Shown here: positions 10,238 through 18,046 of the stretch, piece after piece
Layout of the letters: each line of letters starts with the position of its first letter
How positions within the stretch are numbered: position 1 is the stretch's first letter
IMG/VR virus record: IMGVR_UViG_3300046171_000252
Location: 143,617-207,616 of that record
Length of the DNA: 64,000 bases
Direction: 5' to 3' (one strand)
Translations under genes and position numbers: made by a program
The notes under the pieces: generated by a model
What the model saw: the letters and a program-made list of their open reading frames with translations, nothing else
What the model was told of the DNA's origin: nothing
Database searches by the model: none

Positions 10238-10806
10238 ATGACCTTCTTTAAATGGACTGCATTAGGAGTTGGTGGTGTTGTTGCCGTAGCACACATCGGT
10301 GTTTTGGGACACATCATTACATCAACCAAAGTGCCAGAAGCACCAGTTATTAATTTTCCTAGGGGAGATTATTCCTCATATAAAATTGAGGCAGATAAAG
10401 AAGGTTATAGTGTAGAGTATAAAGCAAACGACCCTGCTGTTCTTGAGTCCCAAAAATCTTATCTTTAGATAAAAATAAGAGCGGATTCTTCGGCGGAAAA
10501 ACTAATGAAGTTAGAAGAGAGTGGCGTAAAGATCAATTTACTATGGATGGCACTAGAAATATAGGAGGTGCCGTTGGAGACGGCGAGGGAAAGTCTGCAA
10601 AAGAAATAGAGTGTATCGTGGCGGACGCTGGAGCACGGTCACAAGGTGCGATGGCAGGAAGTAGTATTGCTGCTGGAGTCGGTGTTCCTGCTGTGATTGG
10701 AATCCCATATGTTGGATGGTTAGCAGCTGGTTGGGTAGCACTTTTGGGTGGTAGAGTAGGTTCTAATATTGGTTCTACTGTTGGTTCTGTGTTTAACGAT
10801 TGTTAG
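10238..10806 (+). CDS. glycine-zipper membrane protein (apparent 1-nt frameshift near 10460)
   Basis: ORFs 10238..10468 and 10543..10806 join if one T is restored in AAATCTTATCTTTAG; C-terminal GxxxG zipper. Confidence 0.6.
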
Positions 10807-10889
10807 TATTTTAAGGTCATGAAGTCATAACAAAAGGGGTAAAAATAAACGCTAATTGAATAGATAAGATATACTACGAAGTATATAAA

Positions 10890-11021
10890 ATGATCCCTCA
10901 ATTTGCACACTGGATCGGACAAAACCCTTTGTTAATTGAGTGTGGGAGCGTATTAATGCTTGCTCCCATAGCATACTACTGTAATGATTCTCTCAAGAAT
11001 CCTCAAAAATATAAAGAATAA
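10890..11021 (+). CDS. 43-aa hydrophobic microprotein
   Basis: manual translation MIPQFAHWIG...PQKYKE; below ORF track cut-off. Confidence 0.45.
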   Translation: MIPQFAHWIGQNPLLIECGSVLMLAPIAYYCNDSLKNPQKYKE

Positions 11022-11033
11022 TAATATAGAATT

Positions 11034-11129
11034 ATGAGCGCAATATTCGTGTTTTCCTTTGTTTCATTGCTGTGTTTTGCAATGCATATTACTTGGCCCC
11101 TACCACATAGGAGTGGGTTTAAAAAATGA
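11034..11129 (+). CDS. 31-aa TM microprotein
   Basis: MSAIFVFSFVSLLCFAMHITWPLPHRSGFKK; ATGA overlap with next gene. Confidence 0.5.
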   Translation: MSAIFVFSFVSLLCFAMHITWPLPHRSGFKK

Positions 11130-11323
11130 ATTTACTACTAAGTCCTCATGTCAACCCAAATGATCCTGTGTGGTCGGTGATTCTATGCGTAATCATTGGT
11201 GTCGGATTGACACTGGGTTATGTTATATACATATTAAAGATATCATACATGGAGTTAGAAGATGGGCGCTATGGTTCCACCCAGCAGAAAAAGCTGCTAC
11301 AACTTCCGAGTGACGGAGATTAA
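11126..11323 (+). CDS. single-TM hypothetical protein
   Basis: hydrophobic VWSVILCVIIGVGLTLGYVIYIL. Confidence 0.55.
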   Translation: MNLLLSPHVNPNDPVWSVILCVIIGVGLTLGYVIYILKISYMELEDGRYGSTQQKKLLQLPSDGD

Positions 11324-11723
11324 TCGTGTTCTTGACGGGGATACTATTGATGTCACCATTGATCTTGGGTTTGATCTATACAAGAAAGAAAGAGTTAGAG
11401 TTGCAGGAGTTGATACGCCGGAGAAGAGAACTAGAAACTTAGAGGAGAAGGCACTTGGAATCGACGCAACCAACTGGCTCGAAGCGAAACTGGAAAGTAC
11501 TTTGGCTGGTGATGATGAGTTGTCTGTTAGGACTGAACTTGTTGGTGGCACTGGGAAATACGGGCGTCTTCTGGGTTGGCTTTACATTGGGGACGCAGAT
11601 GTGTCCCTCAACGAACAAATGATTGAGCAAGGTTATGCTCATCCATATGATGGAGGAACAAAGGACATGAACTTAGAAGCACTTAGAGAAATTAGGAGGG
11701 CACATGGTACGCTTGTTGACTAA
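11262..11723 (+). CDS. thermonuclease (staphylococcal nuclease-like)
   Basis: VLDGDTID, RVAGVDTPE, GKYGRLLG, LNEQMIEQGYA. Confidence 0.92.
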   Translation: MGAMVPPSRKSCYNFRVTEINRVLDGDTIDVTIDLGFDLYKKERVRVAGVDTPEKRTRNLEEKALGIDATNWLEAKLESTLAGDDELSVRTELVGGTGKYGRLLGWLYIGDADVSLNEQMIEQGYAHPYDGGTKDMNLEALREIRRAHGTLVD

Positions 11724-11844
11724 AATTAAAGATTGGGATAAGGCAATGGCAAATAAAATTCAGGACAAGTTTAACTTGACTGATTATCAGATGCTTTGTC
11801 TTGCATTTGGAAAAGGATTTATTATTGGAGCAATTCTATTATGA
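11704..11844 (+). CDS. 46-aa microprotein
   Basis: MVRLLTKIKDWDK...GFIIGAILL; ATGA overlap with next gene. Confidence 0.55.
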   Translation: MVRLLTKIKDWDKAMANKIQDKFNLTDYQMLCLAFGKGFIIGAILL

Positions 11845-12044
11845 GAAGAGAAATGTTAGATGCTCTCAAGGCACTTGCTATTGGGAACATTAAAAAAGCA
11901 AAGATGAATATTGAAATTTATCTTGTCAATCCAGTTGGCATTGGTGAGCACCCAGATGTGCTTGGTGCAATCCAGGATCAAATTGATGCGATTGCAAAGG
12001 AAGAAGAACGTCTGGAAGTTATTAAAAAGTATTTGGAAGATTAA
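11841..12044 (+). CDS. conserved hypothetical protein
   Basis: NIEIYLVNPVGIGEHPD motif recognised from marine phages. Confidence 0.7.
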   Translation: MRREMLDALKALAIGNIKKAKMNIEIYLVNPVGIGEHPDVLGAIQDQIDAIAKEEERLEVIKKYLED

Positions 12045-12047
12045 CTA

Positions 12048-12272
12048 GTGGACACATCTGACCTGGATGATTATTCCCTTGGAGATGGTGAATGGTACAC
12101 AGAAATGACACTTGGCATAGATGAGGTTCGTGCATTATATGAACATTTTTCTTTTGCTTTAGAAACTTGGCCGGGGTCTCCTAGAAGACCCACACATGAA
12201 CAAGAACTGCTTATGGTAATGAAAATGAGATTTTTTGCAATGCTACAGGATTATAATTTTTATAATAACTAA
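12048..12272 (+). CDS. hypothetical protein
   Basis: 74-aa ORF, GTG start. Confidence 0.6.
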   Translation: MDTSDLDDYSLGDGEWYTEMTLGIDEVRALYEHFSFALETWPGSPRRPTHEQELLMVMKMRFFAMLQDYNFYNN

Positions 12273-12281
12273 GAACTTATA

Positions 12282-13082
12282 ATGATTCCAGAAATCCAGT
12301 TAGGTAATATTGATATTGGAGTTAATCAAGTTAGTAATTTGATTATTAATGATACACCTGACTGGTTAAAAACTCCGCCTGCAGCAATGCCAATATACCC
12401 ACCCGTGACTACACAGGTGGGTGTTCCTATTGTTAATATACCTGGATGTGTTGAGTCTCACAGAGATAGTAGTGAGAATCAAACACTCAAAGAAGAAGAT
12501 AGAGATGGCGTCCAAGTATTCTGTGATGCAGGAACACCTAGCTATAGTCCAATAGATTATGATCCACGCAGACTAGAGATAACAACAACATCTCCGCCAC
12601 CCCCACCATACAAAGCACCTGATACAAAACCACCAGAGACACCCAAATCTCCTACACCACCACCTCCACCTGCGAAGGCAGAGTGTCCGAGTAGAGCACA
12701 AGAATTAAAAAACCCTGTAGGAAAGATCCTAGAGGGTAATAAAAAGATTACTAGGTATGAGACAGTCGGAAAAGAATGTCTTCCTGTATTTGAAAATTTA
12801 AATATACCGGATCAGATTGTCCAGAACATACCATCAGCAGGTGCAGTAACTGTTACCGCATCTATCGCTGTGGTGGCAACGACCTCGGCACTGCTTGCAA
12901 AACCTCTTGCTGATCTTTTGTTAAAAGTGGTGAAACCTGTGACGAAGAAAGTGGTGAAGAAGATTGCTGCCTTACGGGGTAAGAAACCCCCGGTACTGTC
13001 TGAGTCTGAGAGGAAGGCGGAGCAACGTGATCGGAACCGTGCGATAAAGGTCCTACGTTCGGCACTGAAACCGAAGGGATAG
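12282..13082 (+). CDS. cyanophage conserved Pro-rich membrane protein
   Basis: Cys pairs (PGCVE, FCDAG, ECP, ECLP), Pro-rich linker, TM helix, basic tail. Confidence 0.75.
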   Translation: MIPEIQLGNIDIGVNQVSNLIINDTPDWLKTPPAAMPIYPPVTTQVGVPIVNIPGCVESHRDSSENQTLKEEDRDGVQVFCDAGTPSYSPIDYDPRRLEITTTSPPPPPYKAPDTKPPETPKSPTPPPPPAKAECPSRAQELKNPVGKILEGNKKITRYETVGKECLPVFENLNIPDQIVQNIPSAGAVTVTASIAVVATTSALLAKPLADLLLKVVKPVTKKVVKKIAALRGKKPPVLSESERKAEQRDRNRAIKVLRSALKPKG

Positions 13083-13875
13083 TATGACGATGTTGCTTGA
13101 CGGTATTAACATTTTGTACTACGACATCGGCACATATTTTAAAATAAGGACTTCTGGGATGGAAACTGATTCCTCTCTGCATTAATTCTCCACAATTCTT
13201 AAGTCTCGCAATCTCAAAATCTAATCTCTTATTGGCAACCAATTGTTGTTGCATTTGGATCTGAGTATCTGCTGCTTGTTTACAACGTTCTTGTAGTCCA
13301 CCATCAAGTGGGAAAGAAAGTGTTGCAGATAAACCAAGACTGGTACTGTAATTTCTACTATCACCAGTTCTCACTGGTTTTTGCCAGAGTTCACGGCCTG
13401 GATTATCGGGGACACCATCACCCTGCATTTCCATAACAATGATAGTCATGTCTGCACCATCTTCATAGGCACGAACAGTTTCTCCAGCAGTATTCGTATA
13501 TGTTCTATTATCATAGTGTGGTTCCCACGGCCAATTCTTTACTACCTTTTGAGTCTCTACTAACTGACCATTAAAATCTCTATTGTCATATTGAGGTTCC
13601 ATGTAGTGTGTTTCAAATGGATCCTTTTCATTACGAGCATGAGTAATGAATGGTGTGATGTTAGCAGTCGGACCTTGACAAGCAATACCCCCACCATATT
13701 GGTTAGTGATATATGGTCCTTGTAAGACCTGAATAGCTTGGTTCGTAACTGAGCCTGAACTATTAGCTATTGGGTTTGCTGTCGCACTTACACCCCCGAC
13801 ATCTGCCGCCAGTGTGGCAGGGACAGTCGCAAGTTGAGTTAGACATAGTACTATTGGGTAAAGATACTTGTTGTG
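12862..13875 (-). CDS. secreted beta-rich protein (start uncertain; full ORF extends to 14142)
   Basis: translation matches the reverse strand (stop TAG = cta at 12862); signal-like segment then GGVSATANPIANSSGSVTNQAIQV; C-terminal helical Cys region. Confidence 0.7.
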   Translation of the reverse strand, partial: HNKYLYPIVLCLTQLATVPATLAADVGGVSATANPIANSSGSVTNQAIQVLQGPYITNQYGGGIACQGPTANITPFITHARNEKDPFETHYMEPQYDNRDFNGQLVETQKVVKNWPWEPHYDNRTYTNTAGETVRAYEDGADMTIIVMEMQGDGVPDNPGRELWQKPVRTGDSRNYSTSLGLSATLSFPLDGGLQERCKQAADTQIQMQQQLVANKRLDFEIARLKNCGELMQRGISFHPRSPYFKICADVVVQNVNTVKQHRHTIPSVSVPNVGPLSHGSDHVAPPSSQTQTVPGVSYPVRQQSSSPLSSSQVSPLLTKDQQEVLQAVPRSLPPQR

Positions 13876-14321
13876 TCGGTTACGCTGGTAACTTCTGTTG
13901 TTCTTTGAATCACAGTTTGATTTGTCACTCCTGGTCCCATGTAGGTCTGAGTGAACTGAAATGCTGCTCCTGGTTCTGCGATTGTGAAATTCTGTCCATT
14001 TAAATCGAGACCAGAGTTGGCACTTGTTACTTGCCCCTCTGTTCCTCCTAATGGATTCACTATCACTGAATTTGTTGTTGGGTTCGGACTCAGGGATTGT
14101 CCCCCGTTGGTCACGTTTGTTCCCGATACTGAATATTGCCATCCTGTTGCATAATCTATAGAGTTAATCGTCTCAGTCACTTTACTTGTCGTTTCCGTGT
14201 GACTCGTCATACTTCCCTGTGTGAAATTTGGGACCACGGGGACCGCCAGGGCAGCGGCAGGAATAAGACTTACTCCCACCGCAGACATCACAATATATAT
14301 GATTGTCTTTCCAGAAGTCAT
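13851..14321 (-). CDS. secreted beta-rich protein
   Basis: signal peptide ending AAALA, then VPVVPNFTQGSMTS, T/S-rich. Confidence 0.8.
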   Translation of the reverse strand: MTSGKTIIYIVMSAVGVSLIPAAALAVPVVPNFTQGSMTSHTETTSKVTETINSIDYATGWQYSVSGTNVTNGGQSLSPNPTTNSVIVNPLGGTEGQVTSANSGLDLNGQNFTIAEPGAAFQFTQTYMGPGVTNQTVIQRTTEVTSVTDTTSIFTQ

Positions 14322-14341
14322 GTTTTCTGACCTCCATTTAT

Positions 14342-14833
14342 TTAGTGTAGAATTGAGAGCTCACTTACGAATTGGCCAGTAGCATTCGTACCAGCTCCAC
14401 CAGCTGTCAAAGTAATTGCACCAGCAGTAGAGAGAGTACCTGCAAGAGAACCAGCAGCTCCTGCAGTTGTAGATGTAACATTACCAAAGTTTGCTACATC
14501 ACCAACAGTGACTGCACTAGTTGGAATCGCATCAGCCTGTGTGTAAGACTGAGAGAAACTAAAAGCACTACCAGGATTATCTTGAGTGGCAGCAATTGTA
14601 CCAGGAGCATAAACTCCACTACTAATTGCACCAGTAGAAATTGTATTAACTGTTGTTCCGTCAGTAGTATCTACACCGCTGCCTGAAATTGAAAATGTAC
14701 TGCCAAGTCTTGTGACATTAGAAGCAGCAGCATCAACGGTTAACTGAACACTAGAAGATATTTTATGAGTAAGAGCACCTGCATTTGCTGCTGGTGCGGT
14801 CATCAATAACATTATGAAAGGTAGAAACCGTTT
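14342..14833 (-). CDS. secreted beta-rich protein
   Basis: MKRFLPFIMLLMTAPAANA signal peptide; A/G/T/S-rich body. Confidence 0.8.
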   Translation of the reverse strand, partial: KRFLPFIMLLMTAPAANAGALTHKISSSVQLTVDAAASNVTRLGSTFSISGSGVDTTDGTTVNTISTGAISSGVYAPGTIAATQDNPGSAFSFSQSYTQADAIPTSAVTVGDVANFGNVTSTTAGAAGSLAGTLSTAGAITLTAGGAGTNATGQFVSELSILH

Positions 14834-14876
14834 CATACTTTTTACCAAAAATGGTGTATAGGTATTTTTATTTAGC

Positions 14877-14905
14877 TTGACCTTTTTTTAATTTGGTGTT
14901 ATAGT
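14877..14905 (+). promoter_or_regulatory. sigma70-type promoter for tRNA-Arg
   Basis: TTGACC-N17-TATAGT. Confidence 0.6.
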
Positions 14906-14924
14906 ACCTAAAGATACAACAAAT

Positions 14925-14998
<74 letters not shown>

Positions 14999-15017
14999 TT
15001 GTCCTTTTCTATTTCTT

Positions 15018-15221
15018 ATGGGCAAATATGATTTTGGTGGGCAACCACCAATAGCAGTCAACATCCTCAGACTCATTAGTGAGTTAGAAGGTTCTTCCCA
15101 AATGCTTAAATATATGGGATTTGAAGAAGATATGAATGCGATCAATGAAATGAAGAAGAGATACTATAAACTCTACTTCAAGACCAATAAGGAAGAAAAG
15201 GCAAAAAACAATCCTCTGTAG
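15018..15221 (+). CDS. hypothetical protein between tRNAs
   Basis: 67-aa ORF whose stop lies 10 nt inside tRNA-Asn. Confidence 0.65.
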   Translation: MGKYDFGGQPPIAVNILRLISELEGSSQMLKYMGFEEDMNAINEMKKRYYKLYFKTNKEEKAKNNPL

Positions 15222-15283
15222 CTCAGCGGTAGAGCCGACGACTGTTAATCGTCTGGTCGCAGGTTCGAATCCTGCCGGGGGAG
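15212..15283 (+). tRNA. tRNA-Asn (GTT)
   Basis: cloverleaf, anticodon loop CTGTTAA, TTCGAAT. Confidence 0.95.
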
Positions 15284-15312
15284 TTGACAGGATATTCATC
15301 TTGTCGTATACT
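15284..15312 (+). promoter_or_regulatory. sigma70-type promoter
   Basis: TTGACA-N17-TATACT. Confidence 0.75.
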
Positions 15313-15363
15313 ATGCTTGTCCGTGTGAAGGAAGTGTTTGAGGGATTTTTCTCTCACCACTCT

Positions 15364-15434
15364 GCGGGTTTAGTTTAGAGGTAAAACTAAAGGTTTCCAA
15401 CCTTTCGTCAGGAGTTCGATTCTCCTAACCCGCT
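15364..15434 (+). tRNA. tRNA-Gly (TCC)
   Basis: GCGGGTT/AACCCGC acceptor stem, loop TTTCCAA. Confidence 0.95.
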
Positions 15435-15460
15435 TTCGGATTCCCGTAATCCGAGCATAG

Positions 15461-15468
15461 TATAAATA
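15461..15468 (+). promoter_or_regulatory. T4-type late promoter
   Basis: TATAAATA upstream of the beta-barrel gene. Confidence 0.6.
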
Positions 15469-15582
15469 CTTAACCATTTGTCTTTCAGTAATTAAAGTAA
15501 CAAATGGTGATATTAACACGGGACAGTCGAGTCCCTATTCATCTGCGGGTATCCATTCCGCAAGTAACTAAAGGTAAAACAA

Positions 15583-15952
15583 ATGTTTAAAACGACTATC
15601 GCTGCAGCTGCCGCTGCAATTGCTCTTGCTCCAGCTGCTGCCCTAGCCGGTCCCTACGTCAACGTAGAGACAAATGCAGGTTGGGTTGGCGACGATTATA
15701 CTGCTGCCACGACAGATCTTCACGTAGGATTTGAAGGCGAAGTAGGTGCTGCTTCTTACTACGTCCAGGCTGGTCCTGCAATCGTCGCTGTTGACGGTGA
15801 AGAGACTGACACCCAGTTCTCTGGTAAAGGCAGGAGTTGGCGTCCCCGTTTCCGATGCTATCGGAGTATACGGTGAGCTCTCCTTCTTGACCGCAGAAGA
15901 CGATGATGATTTCGGTGTTGGTGGTAAGTTGGGCGTCAAGTACAACTTCTGA
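15583..15952 (+). CDS. small outer-membrane beta-barrel protein (apparent +1 frameshift near 15827)
   Basis: Ala-rich signal peptide, amphipathic beta strands, C-terminal GVKYNF; halves join if one A is removed from GGTAAAGGCA. Confidence 0.75.
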
Positions 15953-15990
15953 TCTTCAATATAGACACATAAACATCTAGATGTTATACT

Positions 15991-16018
15991 GGGGGTGCGA
16001 CGGCATCCCCTTTTTTTT
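15991..16018 (+). terminator. intrinsic terminator
   Basis: GGGGGTGC-GACG-GCATCCCC followed by T8. Confidence 0.85.
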
Positions 16019-16227
16019 ATGAAAAAATATTTATAACTTTCATAACGAATCCAGGAACGCTGACCTCCCTTCTGTTACTGGGAATGATAGCACTGATAGG
16101 GACACTGCATAACCATGCTCACTATGCAATGACTATGGATGCAGATTCTTACGTTAGACAATGGTGTAGAGCATCAGCAGAAAACAAAAAGACCTGCATT
16201 CGTTATGGTGGAGACATGGACTATTGA
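16019..16227 (+). CDS. hypothetical membrane protein (apparent -1 error in A6 run at 16022)
   Basis: adding one A gives 69 aa MKKIFITFITNPGTLTSLLLLGMIALIG...GGDMDY. Confidence 0.5.
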
Positions 16228-16252
16228 CAAAACTTTATCTTTCCTATATAAT
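16224..16252 (+). promoter_or_regulatory. sigma70-type promoter of hli operon
   Basis: TTGACA-N17-TATAAT. Confidence 0.85.
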
Positions 16253-16279
16253 ATGTAAAGAAACATTACGGAGTGTATC

Positions 16280-16498
16280 GTGACTGTAACAACCAATGAT
16301 CGTGGACAACAGAATCTGTTTGCCAAAGAACCCCAGATGTACGTCTCTCAGACTGATGCAGAGCGTTACGGTTATGAGTCATATGCAGAACGTGCAGAGA
16401 AATTGAATGGACGCACTGCTATGCTTGGATTTGTTGCTGCTGTCATCTCTTATGCTACTTCCGGTAGTGTATTTTTCTTTGGTGTCTTCGGATTCTGA
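16280..16498 (+). CDS. hli: high-light inducible protein
   Basis: AEKLNGRTAMLGF chlorophyll-binding motif. Confidence 0.92.
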   Translation: MTVTTNDRGQQNLFAKEPQMYVSQTDAERYGYESYAERAEKLNGRTAMLGFVAAVISYATSGSVFFFGVFGF

Positions 16499-16584
16499 TG
16501 ACTGAAGTTATTTTCACCGTCACGACAGTTGCTTTTTTCTGTCTTCTCGGTTATACTGTGGAACAACTTTCAGAAACCTACTGA
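16498..16584 (+). CDS. 28-aa TM microprotein
   Basis: MTEVIFTVTTVAFFCLLGYTVEQLSETY; TGATG coupling at both ends. Confidence 0.6.
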   Translation: MTEVIFTVTTVAFFCLLGYTVEQLSETY

Positions 16585-16811
16585 TGGAAAACTCTCTACT
16601 TGAAATTCTGACTTATTATGTAATTGGAGGAGCACTGCTTGTCGGTGCGCCAGCAGTATTCTTTTTCGTAGTCTTCATGTCAGCTCTTCAAAATACGAAG
16701 GGTCGCATGGTAGGATACAAAGACCACAAACAGTATGGTGACATTTCATCTTATGAGAATGCACCAGTAGACCAAAGCAAATTTTATTTTACACTAGGAG
16801 AAAACACATGA
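16584..16811 (+). CDS. single-TM hypothetical protein
   Basis: 75 aa with hydrophobic N-half, coupled. Confidence 0.7.
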   Translation: MENSLLEILTYYVIGGALLVGAPAVFFFVVFMSALQNTKGRMVGYKDHKQYGDISSYENAPVDQSKFYFTLGENT

Positions 16812-16915
16812 ACGAAAACGCAGAACGCATCAATGGTTGGGCAGCAATGATCGGAGTCATTGCCGCAATGGGTAGTTATGCAACAACAGGACAAATCATT
16901 CCAGGTATTTGGTGA
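16808..16915 (+). CDS. hli: high-light inducible protein (35 aa)
   Basis: MNENAERINGWAAMIGVIAAMGSYATTGQIIPGIW; missed by ORF track. Confidence 0.92.
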   Translation: MNENAERINGWAAMIGVIAAMGSYATTGQIIPGIW

Positions 16916-16983
16916 TGGGATTTGTAGTAGCAGCACTGCTGTTTCTTATTCCAATTGGTGCAGCAGTTAGGAAATCATCATGA
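16915..16983 (+). CDS. 22-aa TM microprotein
   Basis: MGFVVAALLFLIPIGAAVRKSS; coupled at both ends. Confidence 0.5.
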   Translation: MGFVVAALLFLIPIGAAVRKSS

Positions 16984-17123
16984 GTATAGAATGGGCACAG
17001 GCAATTATTTTTTTCTTGGCACCCCTATTCTTTATGCTCCTCTTCATAGAAACTAATGAAGATGATGATGGACCACCAGATGGTGGAATGATGACGCCAG
17101 TATATGCACCAAACCCTGTGTAG
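16980..17123 (+). CDS. 47-aa TM protein with DDDGPPDGGMMTP tail
   Basis: TM helix plus acidic/GG motif resembling small marine picocyanobacterial proteins. Confidence 0.65.
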   Translation: MSIEWAQAIIFFLAPLFFMLLFIETNEDDDGPPDGGMMTPVYAPNPV

Positions 17124-17189
17124 TAACCAACACATTTAATTGACAGATAATAATCTTACTGCTTAAATAAAGGCAGTAGGATTATTTTT

Positions 17190-17345
17190 ATGCCTCGCAA
17201 TTCAATAACAAAAGAACAATTAAAATGTGATGTTCTTAAATTAAAAAATCAATTGAAAGATGAGTTTTGTTCTGAATCTAAAAAAGAAATTGCAGACATG
17301 TATTTAAATTTAGTTCTTGACAAAATTAATGAGTATAGATTATAA
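17190..17345 (+). CDS. 51-aa hypothetical protein
   Basis: MPRNSITKEQLKCDVLKLK...KINEYRL. Confidence 0.55.
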   Translation: MPRNSITKEQLKCDVLKLKNQLKDEFCSESKKEIADMYLNLVLDKINEYRL

Positions 17346-17356
17346 TATTGTCATGG

Positions 17357-17428
17357 GGGCGATTAGCGCAGCGGTAGCGCAGTTGCTTTACACGCAATTG
17401 GTCGGCGGTTCGAATCCGTCATCGCCCA
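17357..17428 (+). tRNA. tRNA-Val (TAC)
   Basis: GGGCGAT/ATCGCCC, loop TTTACAC; TTGACA-N18-TATAAT at 17317-17346 upstream. Confidence 0.95.
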
Positions 17429-17436
17429 TATAAATA
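17429..17436 (+). promoter_or_regulatory. T4-type late promoter
   Basis: TATAAATA immediately after tRNA-Val. Confidence 0.55.
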
Positions 17437-17474
17437 AATGAAATACTGAAGAAGTAAGATTTCATTATAAACCA

Positions 17475-17723
17475 ATGATTAAAATTAGGTGTCTCTCCTG
17501 CAACACGGAGTTAGTAAGCACTAGTAAAGTGCAATTTTGTGGATGTTCAAATCAAATGAGTATTGTAGATAATAAAATTGGTGCCAAAGATTTGGATAAA
17601 GTTGTAATGGTATCTAATAATATAGAAAGAAAAATTGATAGTCATTTTTCTAGAGATGAACTTTGCTATCAAGAAGAAAGGCGCAAACGTAAAATTCGTA
17701 AATTAGATTTTGAAATAAGATAA
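17475..17723 (+). CDS. putative Zn-binding hypothetical protein
   Basis: CLSC...CGC motif. Confidence 0.7.
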   Translation: MIKIRCLSCNTELVSTSKVQFCGCSNQMSIVDNKIGAKDLDKVVMVSNNIERKIDSHFSRDELCYQEERRKRKIRKLDFEIR

Positions 17724-17798
17724 ATAATAATACTTAAATCCACAACTTACCGTGTAGCTTTTGGTGAGGAGGTTTAAGAGAAGCATTTTAAAATCAAA

Positions 17799-17939
17799 AT
17801 GACAGATAGATCTATTGGGTCTGAACTAAATGAGGTTCGCAAAAAACTCAATGATATAGAAAAGAAACAAGAGTTTCTTGAGAAAGTTATTCAATTAGAA
17901 AGAGAGAGGCAACAACGAAGAGGTGAAATACCTTCATAA
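17799..17939 (+). CDS. 46-aa coiled-coil microprotein
   Basis: MTDRSIGSELNEVRKKL...GEIPS. Confidence 0.45.
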   Translation: MTDRSIGSELNEVRKKLNDIEKKQEFLEKVIQLERERQQRRGEIPS

Positions 17940-17994
17940 AATATAGTCGTTGCCGAAAAGTAAATAACATGCTATACTCAACAAGTTGAGAAAT

Positions 17995-18046
17995 CAACTG
18001 CGGTAATCCCCTTGGCAGTTTAGGATTAGCGGCGATAGGAACTGCC
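17995..18046 (+). ncRNA. unidentified H-type pseudoknot RNA
   Basis: TAATCC/GGATTA stem whose loop GGCAGTT pairs with downstream AACTGCC; promoter TTGCCG-N17-TATACT at 17950-17978. Confidence 0.55.

Noticed and set aside
13764-13847. Metallothionein-like peptide MSNSTCDCPCHTGGRCRGCKCDSKPNS on the minus strand
   Set aside because: The Cys codons arise from a shifted reading of NNT-GCN/GTN codons of the overlapping real gene; likely a by-product
12862-14142. ORF track labels this ORF as + strand
   Set aside because: The translation (MAIF... to ...PPQR) reads from the reverse complement (cat at 14140-14142, cta at 12862-12864); treated as minus strand
15313-15362. glnA-type glutamine riboswitch (GAAGGAAG plus hairpin)
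   Set aside because: Lacks the CGUU...AACG P1 and three-way junction; more likely a tRNA-Gly leader
15488-15501. NtcA box (GTAATTAAAGTAAC)
   Set aside because: Imperfect (AAC instead of TAC) and no -10 at the expected 22-23 nt spacing
17995-18046. HDV-like/theta, twister or pistol ribozyme
   Set aside because: No room for P3/P1.1 and no catalytic-core motifs; kept only as an unidentified pseudoknot
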